64,000 nt of DNA from positions 20,967-84,966 of the forward strand of contig JAMNXU010000010.1 in NCBI GenBank assembly GCA_023623175.1, written 5' to 3'. A model generated the notes under the pieces. The model had not been told where the DNA came from, made no database searches, and worked only from the letters and a program-made list of their open reading frames with translations. This DNA is from Bacillota bacterium. Lineage in GTDB: Bacteria; Bacillota; Clostridia; Acetivibrionales; JAMNXU01. Of the stretch, positions 17,937 to 26,260 are shown in pieces. Each line of letters begins with the position of its first letter. The first letter of the stretch is position 1. Both the position numbers and the translations under genes were made by a program.

Positions 17937-19097
17937 ATGATTTACCTGGACAATGCAGCCACATCCTGGCCAAAACCTGACTGTGTAATTTCTGCAATGA
18001 CTCAATGCCTGAAAGAATACTGTGCCAATCCAGGACGGGGATCTCACGGGCTTTCGTCGGCAGCGGGGCTGGCTGTAAGCAGAGCCCGCGAAAAGGTAGC
18101 CGAGTTTTTCAATATAAAGGATCCCCTGAGGCTTTGTTTTACCAAGAATGCCACTGAAGCACTGAATACTGCTATTTACGGAGTTTTAAAGCCCCATGAC
18201 CATGTGATTGCCACCGGAATGGAGCACAATTCCGTTTTAAGGCCGCTGAAAACCCTGGAGAGGGACCGGAAAATCAGCCTTACGCTGCTTAAGGGAAACA
18301 GGTTCGGCGAAATAGACCTGGGAGAACTGGCCCAAAGTTTCAGACCCGAAACAAGGCTGGTTGTTTCCACGCTGTCTTCCAATGTCAACGGTATAATGAT
18401 GCCAATAGCCGAAATAGGGGAGATGGCAAGAAGCAGGGGCGCTCTTTTCCTCGTTGACGCGTCCCAGGGTGCAGGCTCAGTATTGATAGATGTTGAAAGT
18501 ATGAACATAGATTTGCTGGCTTTCCCGGGCCACAAGGGATTAATGGGACCGCAGGGAACCGGGGGGCTTTATGTCGGACCCGATGTGGATATTAAACCCC
18601 TGATGCAGGGAGGCACGGGCAGCAATTCCGAACTTATCTACCAGCCGGAATACCTTCCCGACCTTATTGAAAGCGGAACGCTCAACACTCCGGGCATTGT
18701 TGGGCTTGCTTCAGCAATCGACTTCATACGGGAAACCGGAATAGATAATATAGGAAAACACAGGCACAGGCTTGTAGAAAGACTTCATGAAGGCATTTCC
18801 CGCCTGGAGGGAATCACGGTATACAGCAGACCGGAAAAAGGGAAAAATTCTGGTATAGTGGCTTTTAATTTCGACTGGGCCGACTCCAATGAAATTGCGT
18901 ATATCCTCGACAAAAAGTACAATATTGCCGTGCGTGCAGGCTTGCACTGCGCACCAGCAGCCCATGCCACGCTGGGAACACTGCGCAGGGGAGCGGTAAG
19001 AATCAGCCCCGGATGGTTCAATACCATGGATGAGATTGAATACGTGATAAAAACAATCGAAGAAATTTCGAGACAAAAGAACCTGCAATTCGTATAA
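17937..19097 (+). CDS. class V aminotransferase-fold PLP enzyme (cysteine desulfurase family)
   Basis: N-terminus MIYLDNAATSWPKP, PLP-lysine context FPGHKGLMGPQGTG, and GLHCAP near the C-terminus. Confidence 0.85.
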   Translation: MIYLDNAATSWPKPDCVISAMTQCLKEYCANPGRGSHGLSSAAGLAVSRAREKVAEFFNIKDPLRLCFTKNATEALNTAIYGVLKPHDHVIATGMEHNSVLRPLKTLERDRKISLTLLKGNRFGEIDLGELAQSFRPETRLVVSTLSSNVNGIMMPIAEIGEMARSRGALFLVDASQGAGSVLIDVESMNIDLLAFPGHKGLMGPQGTGGLYVGPDVDIKPLMQGGTGSNSELIYQPEYLPDLIESGTLNTPGIVGLASAIDFIRETGIDNIGKHRHRLVERLHEGISRLEGITVYSRPEKGKNSGIVAFNFDWADSNEIAYILDKKYNIAVRAGLHCAPAAHATLGTLRRGAVRISPGWFNTMDEIEYVIKTIEEISRQKNLQFV

Positions 19098-19138
19098 ACA
19101 TATAGCACGTTCAACGGGGTTGAAAAAGGAGAGATTCT

Positions 19139-19306
19139 ATGAACGAGAACAGACTGAAACTCATTCTTACAATAGTTGTGACTGTGGTATTGTTCGTGGT
19201 TGCCGTGAGGATCCTGTCCGAAATGCTCAGAATACTTGTGCCCATTGCCATTGTAATCATTGCCGCCTGGATCGTTTACAAGTTCATTTTGAAACTCAGG
19301 CAATAG
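19139..19306 (+). CDS. hypothetical 55-aa two-TM peptide
   Basis: Not in the ORF track. AAAAGGAGAG RBS. Translation is MNENRLKLILTIVVTVVLFVVAVRILSEMLRILVPIAIVIIAAWIVYKFILKLRQ. Confidence 0.4.
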   Translation: MNENRLKLILTIVVTVVLFVVAVRILSEMLRILVPIAIVIIAAWIVYKFILKLRQ

Positions 19307-19500
19307 GCAATATTTTTTGTTTTCAGCGCTTTGCGGCATTGATATTGAATGTCCGCCACTGTTATATTATGATAATATATGTCTTTGATTGCTGTTGCCT
19401 GTCAAAACCTGTCTTCTGGCCGGTTTTCTGATAAAGCCTATCTGGCTAAATGGGCCGTTTACAAAGGCAGTATTAACAATAATTTGCGGAGGTACATAAA

Positions 19501-20541
19501 ATGGCGAAAACCTATGAAGAATTAAAAATGCAGTACGAAGCACTGAGAAAAACCTATGACTATATGCTCTCAAGAAAGGATGAAGTAGTTGACTTTTTCA
19601 AAAGGCACAATCCCCGATCACTGACATTTATTGGATGCGGATCGGGTTATTGCGTGTGCCAGTCCGGTGAAATATCGGCGAAAGTAAGGCTTGGAATACC
19701 CGCAGCAACCTTTGCGGCAGGCGATTTGATGCTGAACTGGGAGAAATACGGCAAAATGCTCGAGGGAACAATGTTTGTCGCGCCGTCGCGTTCGGGCAGC
19801 ACGAGCGAAGTCATCAACGCGATAAATAATGCCCGGAAACTGGGAGATATTCCTGTCCTCGCGATTACGTGCGTCGAAGGATCCGAGCTTTCGAAGCTGG
19901 CAGGTTTGAGCCTTGAAATTCCCTGGGCTTTTGATGCCAGCGTATGCCAGACGAGAACGGTGACCAACCTTTATACCGCCCAATTGATGGTTATAGCTTT
20001 CCTGGGCGGTGACGAAGCGCTGCTGGCTGATATTAAAAAAGCAATAGAGATCGGCGACGCTTACATGGAGAAATATGAAGAGAGCCTTAAGAAAATAGCT
20101 TTCGAGGACTGGAACTACGCCGTAATTCTCGCTGACGGAGAAATGCAGGGCATTGCGGCCGAAGGCGCCATCGCGTTTACTGAAATACCCCAGCTCGTTG
20201 CCCATTATTACCATGTGCTCGACGTAAGGCACGGTCCCATGGTAATGGTGAAGGATGGCGTACTTGTTATCGCATGTCTGAGCGAAAGCGGTTACGATTA
20301 TCAAAAGAAGCTTATAGAGGAAATCGCAGGACGCGGAGCTAAAGTTGTGACATACAGTGACTCAATCACCGAACCCATTGACGGCGTCAGCCTGCACGTC
20401 ACTTCGGGAACGCCGCTCGACAACGCTGCGCGCGGAATTCCGTTCATAATGATACCCCAGATGCTTGCGTATTACAAGGCAGAATGCAGGGGAATAAACC
20501 CCGACAATCCCGACGGTATTACCGCATGGGTTAAGCTGTAA
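19501..20541 (+). CDS. double-SIS-domain sugar-phosphate isomerase/deglycase (AgaS/FrlB/GlmS-C-like)
   Basis: 346 aa. SRSGSTSE motif and a second SIS half. No glutaminase domain. Confidence 0.85.
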   Translation: MAKTYEELKMQYEALRKTYDYMLSRKDEVVDFFKRHNPRSLTFIGCGSGYCVCQSGEISAKVRLGIPAATFAAGDLMLNWEKYGKMLEGTMFVAPSRSGSTSEVINAINNARKLGDIPVLAITCVEGSELSKLAGLSLEIPWAFDASVCQTRTVTNLYTAQLMVIAFLGGDEALLADIKKAIEIGDAYMEKYEESLKKIAFEDWNYAVILADGEMQGIAAEGAIAFTEIPQLVAHYYHVLDVRHGPMVMVKDGVLVIACLSESGYDYQKKLIEEIAGRGAKVVTYSDSITEPIDGVSLHVTSGTPLDNAARGIPFIMIPQMLAYYKAECRGINPDNPDGITAWVKL

Positions 20542-20557
20542 AAAGGGGTGAATCTGC

Positions 20558-21496
20558 TTGAAAAGATATGATGTTTTGGCCATAGGCGAACTGAATGTTG
20601 ACATGATACTGACTGGCCTGAAAACTTTGCCTGAACTCGGCCGTGAAATTATCGCCGAAAACTGCTCCCTTGTCCTCGGAAGCTCTACGGCCATTTGTGC
20701 GAGCGGCATAGCGAAACTGGGACTTAAGACCGGTTTCGTCAGCAAGGTGGGCAGGGACATGTACGGGGAAATCGCCCTTGAAGGCCTCAGGAAAAACGGT
20801 GTCGATACGGAAAACGTCAGGATAGACGACAATATTAAAACGGGTATAACGATAGCGCTCAACGTGAATCGTGACAGGGCCCTTGTAACCTACATGGGTT
20901 CCATAGACGCGATGACCGTTGACGACATAGATTTTGAACTTTTGCACCATACCAGGCACATCCATGTGGGTTCCTTTTTCCTACAGCACCGGCTGAGACC
21001 GGGACTCCCAAAGCTGTTCAGGGTAGCAAGGGAACTGGGAGTCACCACTTCCCTGGACTGCAGCTGGGACGAAACTATGAACTGGGATTACGGAATCCAT
21101 GAAGTATTAAAATATACGGATATTTTCTTCCCCAATGAGGGGGAAGCGCTGAACATAACGCGGGAAGACACCGTGGAAAAGGCCCTGGAGAAACTTTCAC
21201 AGCATGCGCGCATAGTTGTTATAAAGCTCGGCCCCAGGGGCGCCATAGGAAAATGGGGTGATCTCGTTGTGAGCCAGGGAACCTTTGATGAAATGAAACC
21301 CATTGATACAACCGGAGCAGGGGATTCTTTCAATGCAGGGTTCATTTACGGATTTATTAAGGGATTTGACTTCGAAAAATGCATGCTTTACGGCAATGCC
21401 TGCGGCTCCATCAGCGTTACGAGAATAGGCGGTGCCACAGCATGCGCGACCCTTGAGGAAGTAAACGAACTGATCAGCAAAGGCCGCCTGTCCTGA
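20558..21496 (+). CDS. PfkB-family carbohydrate kinase
   Basis: N-terminal GELNVD and C-terminal DTTGAGDSFNAGF anion-hole motif. TTG start. Confidence 0.85.
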   Translation: MKRYDVLAIGELNVDMILTGLKTLPELGREIIAENCSLVLGSSTAICASGIAKLGLKTGFVSKVGRDMYGEIALEGLRKNGVDTENVRIDDNIKTGITIALNVNRDRALVTYMGSIDAMTVDDIDFELLHHTRHIHVGSFFLQHRLRPGLPKLFRVARELGVTTSLDCSWDETMNWDYGIHEVLKYTDIFFPNEGEALNITREDTVEKALEKLSQHARIVVIKLGPRGAIGKWGDLVVSQGTFDEMKPIDTTGAGDSFNAGFIYGFIKGFDFEKCMLYGNACGSISVTRIGGATACATLEEVNELISKGRLS

Positions 21497-21528
21497 AATA
21501 TTACAACTCTAAATTGCGGAGGTATTAG

Positions 21529-22926
21529 ATGACCAAAAGAAAAAACGCAATCAGGGTCTTAATAACCCGGCTGCCGGCTGTTTTGCTTATCATTGTGATG
21601 ATGTTGTGCGTTAATGCAAGCTGCGCCAAAAAGGATAAAAAGCAAAACGACGCCACCGGGCAGCAGGAACAGCAGTCTGAGCAGGACGCTGGAATTCTGC
21701 AGGAAAGCGAAGAACCGCTGATTAACGTTGAAGGGGTCGACCTCGGGGGACACAATATTAGGATTGCTTCGTGGAATAATATCGAGCCTGATCCAAAAGC
21801 GCCGTATTATAAGATATTTGAAAGGCGAAAAAAGGAGCTTGAGGAGAAATTTAACTGTACCATAACCTACGTACAGGTTCCCGCAAGCGAGATTTATGAA
21901 AAAGTGGTGACTACGGCGGCTTCGGCCGACCCGATAGCCGATTTGATCAGGCTCCGCTCGCCGTGGGTCGTACCGGTACTGGCCGGGGAAGGACTTCTGT
22001 TGCCCGTTGACCAGTATTTCAACCTTGAAGATCCCCTGTGGAATCCCATATGTACCCAGGAATCCATGTACAAGGGAAAGCCTTACGGAGTCAACAGCGA
22101 GCCACCCACTTCATGGGCCTGCGTGTGGTACAACAAGACCCTTATGGAGAAGGCTGGCCTCAAGGATCCTTACGAAATGGTTTATTCGCTGACCTGGACA
22201 TGGGAGAAATGGATTGAGTATTCAGGAGCAGTGTCGGCGCTAAGTACCGATGATCAAAAAGTTTACGGAACGAATATCCCGCATTATCTTGCCTTTATTG
22301 CTTCGAACGGCGGCAGGGCCGTGAGGAGAGTCAATGACCGTGACGCTTGGACTTTAGATTCGCCGGAAGCCATAGATGCGGTGAGATTCCTAAAGAATAT
22401 TATGAAAAACGATTTCGTCGGAGGAGATGCAAGGGATTTTGCCGAAGGCAGGCTGGGATTTTACTTCAGCTTCAACTGGGCCAATGATTTCAAGGAAAAG
22501 ATGACTGACGAGTGGGGAATGCTGCCGTACCCGATAGGACCCAACATTGACGATTACACTGCATATACGGAAGAGGTGCAACTGATGTGCCTGCCGAAGG
22601 AAGCACCCTATCCGAAGGAAACGGCAATTATCTGGACTGAGCTTTCGAGACCCTATCCCGACTACGATTATGCCAGAAGCATTTATGGGAAGTATTTCAA
22701 AACCATCAGGGACGTGGAGACGGCGCTCATGCTTCAGAACAAGCTGTCCCTTGACAGGTACTGGGGTTATGACAAAATAAGGTTCGACATTATAAGCTCC
22801 AACAACGGAAGATCTCTTGCCGACGCCATAGAAGGCACCTATGGAAGAATGTACGAAGAGTGGCTTGAGGAAGTAACTCCCATGGCCAATTCAATCCTTG
22901 AAGAAATTTGGTCCAAATATAAATAA
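21529..22926 (+). CDS. extracellular solute-binding-type lipoprotein (orphan, paralog of 11892-13502)
   Basis: Signal peptide with Cys (NASCAKK), a short polar linker, then a domain colinear with the 11892 protein. Confidence 0.8.
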   Translation: MTKRKNAIRVLITRLPAVLLIIVMMLCVNASCAKKDKKQNDATGQQEQQSEQDAGILQESEEPLINVEGVDLGGHNIRIASWNNIEPDPKAPYYKIFERRKKELEEKFNCTITYVQVPASEIYEKVVTTAASADPIADLIRLRSPWVVPVLAGEGLLLPVDQYFNLEDPLWNPICTQESMYKGKPYGVNSEPPTSWACVWYNKTLMEKAGLKDPYEMVYSLTWTWEKWIEYSGAVSALSTDDQKVYGTNIPHYLAFIASNGGRAVRRVNDRDAWTLDSPEAIDAVRFLKNIMKNDFVGGDARDFAEGRLGFYFSFNWANDFKEKMTDEWGMLPYPIGPNIDDYTAYTEEVQLMCLPKEAPYPKETAIIWTELSRPYPDYDYARSIYGKYFKTIRDVETALMLQNKLSLDRYWGYDKIRFDIISSNNGRSLADAIEGTYGRMYEEWLEEVTPMANSILEEIWSKYK

Positions 22927-22987
22927 TATATGCAGTTGAAAAGCGTAAAAATATAAAACAACAATAAGAATTATATAAGCAATAAAA

Positions 22988-23135
22988 AAATTAATCAATG
23001 GACAATTAAATCAATGAACTTAAATCAATGAACAATTAAACCAATGAATAATTAAATTAAAAAAATAAATCAATAAAAAATTAAATCAATTAAAAATCAG
23101 ACCAATTGAAAAATTAAATCATTTGAAACAATTTA
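22988..23135. repeat. degenerate A-rich tandem repeats (unit about 16 nt, AATTAAATCAATGAAC)
   Basis: Run includes ttaatcaatggac aattaaatcaatgaac ttaaatcaatgaac aattaaaccaatgaat aattaaatt.... An A/C-only tract follows to about 23225. Confidence 0.5.
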
Positions 23136-23466
23136 TAGCTTTAAGGAACAAAACCTTAAAACAACCAAAAAGCAATAAAGAACAACAATAAAAAAAATAA
23201 AACAATAAAATCAACATAAAATACGGCATATTAAAATAGTGCAGGAAATTCGTTTAATTCGGGCGGCCAATGCGGCCGCATTATCTTTAAAATCCTGTTT
23301 TGCCTGCGGTACATCCTGTGGTTTGGCCTGTAATGTATGGGTTTGCTAGCAGACTGCTCGTTTGTTTTGAAAAAATAACATTATAAACCTGATATGACGA
23401 CTTAACATAATTACAGCATGGAATCAGACTAAAATAACTTTATTAAAATTCCGGAAAGGACCTGAA

Positions 23467-24588
23467 ATGAAACGTCAATATGTGGGTAATGTTATACTGG
23501 AATTAATAAACAAAACCGGTTTCATGCCTGCGGGAAACCGGTCTCACAGCCCCTACACCGGGGAAAGCCCGATAGTTCTTGAAGACAGGCGGCCCGGCAG
23601 CCTCACAATAATTGAGCTGGTTGACGGGGACGCCATTGATGCGGACTATATTGCTTTCCTGCTGGAAAATAAAAGATTCAGGCTTCTCAGCTTCAATTTC
23701 GACGGATATGTTACGCTGCTGCAGGTTTTCATATTTGACAGCGTTCCTGACAACCGGAAGCTGGAAATTATTAAAAACGGCCAGTATGACATGTATCCGG
23801 GAAAAAGAATCCTGTCGTGTTATTCCGTCATCCTGGAACGGCAGGAAATTCAAAAGCTTTTTAATTTTCCGTCTCCCGTTGCAAGGCTGGACCGTATACT
23901 GCGTGAAGGTTTCAGGGACAGGAACGTCACCGCTGACGACATAGCAAAAGCCGTTGACAAAAAGATAAAGAACCTTTCGGTTGAATTCAGGGCGCGCAAA
24001 CCCAGAGTTACTTATGTGCTGATATTTATAAACATATTGGTATGGTTCTTGCTGACCGTATATTCGGGCATTTCAGGAATAGATTACGATATCCTGCTCA
24101 TACTCGCGGGGGCCAAGGTAAACAGCAGGATCCTTGCGGGCGAATACTGGAGGCTGATCACGCCGGTTTTTCTGCACGGCGACATGATTCACCTGCTTTT
24201 AAATTCCTGGTCGCTCTATGTGGCCGGTTCGATTACCGAAAGACTTTACGGACATTCAGCCTTCGCTGTTATTTATTTTGTTTCGGGTCTTTGCGGAAGT
24301 ATCGCGAGCCTGTTTTTTACCCCGGGAGCCGGAGTCGGAGCTTCCGGCGCAATTTTTGGCCTCATGGGAGCACTTATTTATTTTGGCTTTACCAAAAAGG
24401 ATTTTTTCAGGAGGTTTTTCGGACACAATATTATAATAGTACTGGTCTTGAACCTGGTTTACGGTTTTGTTATGCCCGGAATTGACAATTCTGCTCATAT
24501 CGGCGGGCTTGCGGGAGGTTTTGTGGCGGCTGCGCTGGTTAAACAGGCAGCAAAAAGCATATCGTTAGGAAAAAAAGACAATGATTGA
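23467..24588 (+). CDS. rhomboid-family intramembrane serine protease with an N-terminal cytoplasmic domain
   Basis: Catalytic GASGAIFGLMGA and HIGGLAGG motifs, plus WRLITPVFLHGD. Confidence 0.85.
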   Translation: MKRQYVGNVILELINKTGFMPAGNRSHSPYTGESPIVLEDRRPGSLTIIELVDGDAIDADYIAFLLENKRFRLLSFNFDGYVTLLQVFIFDSVPDNRKLEIIKNGQYDMYPGKRILSCYSVILERQEIQKLFNFPSPVARLDRILREGFRDRNVTADDIAKAVDKKIKNLSVEFRARKPRVTYVLIFINILVWFLLTVYSGISGIDYDILLILAGAKVNSRILAGEYWRLITPVFLHGDMIHLLLNSWSLYVAGSITERLYGHSAFAVIYFVSGLCGSIASLFFTPGAGVGASGAIFGLMGALIYFGFTKKDFFRRFFGHNIIIVLVLNLVYGFVMPGIDNSAHIGGLAGGFVAAALVKQAAKSISLGKKDND

Positions 24589-24631
24589 TTTTCAGAAGAC
24601 AAATTTTGATTATATTTACGGGGGTGCCTGA

Positions 24632-26233
24632 ATGTTTGAAAACAATACAAGCCAACCATTTATAAAAATTGTTAACGGGGAAAAAACGCTTTTCGTCCAT
24701 GGGAGACCCTATGTCATCCTCGGCGGTGAAGTGCGCAATTCGAGCTCTTCCACTGCCGAGTTCATGGAACCGATATGGGAGCATCTTAAAAAGCTCAATG
24801 CAAATTCTGTTTTTCTTCCCGTGTCGTGGAAACAAATTGAACCCACTGAAGGTGTCTTCGATTTTTCAGTGGTGGACGCGCTGATAAATCGCGCCCGCGA
24901 TTACGGTCTCAAGTTGATCCTGCTGTGGCTCGCCACCTGGAAAAACGGCTATTCCGGATATGCACCCACATGGGTCCTCGCCGATGAAAAGCGTTTTCCG
25001 CGAATGAGCCCGCTGGCGCTGTCACCCTTTGGCCGAGAAACCCTCGAGGCCGACTGCAGGGCTTTTTCGCAACTGATGGAGCATATAAAGAACATTGACC
25101 GGGAATACAGCACCGTTATAATGATGCAGGTGGAAAATGAAACGGGAATGCTCGATGACTCCAGGGACAGGACCGATGCGGCGGAAAAGGCTTTTAACTC
25201 TCCGGTGCCGGAAAAACTCCTGAAGGATTTGTACGACAATTTCGACAACCTTACGGAGCACATGCGCGAACTGCTTAAGGCAAACGGAATGAAAAGGGAA
25301 GGAACATGGAGCGAAGTGTTCGGAAACGGGATAGACGCCGACGAGGCTTTCATGGCCTGGCATATTGCCAGCTATATAAATACCGTTGCCGCAGCGGGTA
25401 AGGACAGATACAACATTCCCATGTATGTCAATGCGTGGCCGCGTTTCGGGCAGAACAGGCCGGGACAGTACCCCAGCGGCGGTCCCGCTCAAACGGTGCT
25501 GGATATATGGATGTCGGCAGCGCCCGAAATTGATGTTCTCGCAATAGACACGTACAGGATGTTCAAGCAAAACTGCTCGGAGTACAGGCACAGGGGCAAC
25601 CCCTTATTCATACCTGAATGCGGCGGATGGTGGACGGGCGACGACCATCCTGACAGCACGCCGCAAAAAGCGTTTTATGCAGTCGGCGAAGGCCATTGCA
25701 TGGCGTTTTCTCCCTTTGCCATAGATTTTAAACTGTACGAGAACCATCCCCTCGGCGAGGCATACAGGGTGCTGAACAGCCTTATGCCGCTTATATGCAG
25801 GTACCGCGGAACAAAAAGACTCAGGGGATTCTACCCTTCGAAAAATGTTAAAAACGAAAGGATTACTCTCGACGGTTATATTGCCGACATAACCTACCGC
25901 TTTGTGCCCACGGGCGACGGGGGAGGCTTTGACACTACCATTGGCACGGACAGGGACTACCAGTCCTATGGTCTTGTGATCCAGACCGGTGACCGCGAGT
26001 TCATTGTGGCGGGCCGCGGCCTCAGCGTGGATATAAACCTTCCCGATCAAAAGCTGTACAACAAGATTGTCGAGGAAGGATACTTTGAAAACGGATTATG
26101 GCATACCACGCGCGTGCTCAACGGCGATGAAGTTGGGAACCAGGGTCTTGGAGCAATCGTGCTTCCTGCAGAAGAACAGTACAGCATAATCGGACAACCC
26201 TATATAAGCGTCCAGAGGGTCAGGTTTTTCTGA
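24632..26233 (+). CDS. cytoplasmic TIM-barrel glycosidase, GH35/GH42-like beta-galactosidase type
   Basis: No signal peptide. N-terminal pattern (SVFLPVSWKQIEPTEGVFDF, LILLWLATWKNG, MMQVENE) is typical of clan GH-A galactosidases. Family call is tentative. Confidence 0.6.
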   Translation: MFENNTSQPFIKIVNGEKTLFVHGRPYVILGGEVRNSSSSTAEFMEPIWEHLKKLNANSVFLPVSWKQIEPTEGVFDFSVVDALINRARDYGLKLILLWLATWKNGYSGYAPTWVLADEKRFPRMSPLALSPFGRETLEADCRAFSQLMEHIKNIDREYSTVIMMQVENETGMLDDSRDRTDAAEKAFNSPVPEKLLKDLYDNFDNLTEHMRELLKANGMKREGTWSEVFGNGIDADEAFMAWHIASYINTVAAAGKDRYNIPMYVNAWPRFGQNRPGQYPSGGPAQTVLDIWMSAAPEIDVLAIDTYRMFKQNCSEYRHRGNPLFIPECGGWWTGDDHPDSTPQKAFYAVGEGHCMAFSPFAIDFKLYENHPLGEAYRVLNSLMPLICRYRGTKRLRGFYPSKNVKNERITLDGYIADITYRFVPTGDGGGFDTTIGTDRDYQSYGLVIQTGDREFIVAGRGLSVDINLPDQKLYNKIVEEGYFENGLWHTTRVLNGDEVGNQGLGAIVLPAEEQYSIIGQPYISVQRVRFF

Positions 26234-26260
26234 TAAAACATAACAAAAAGGAGGATCATC

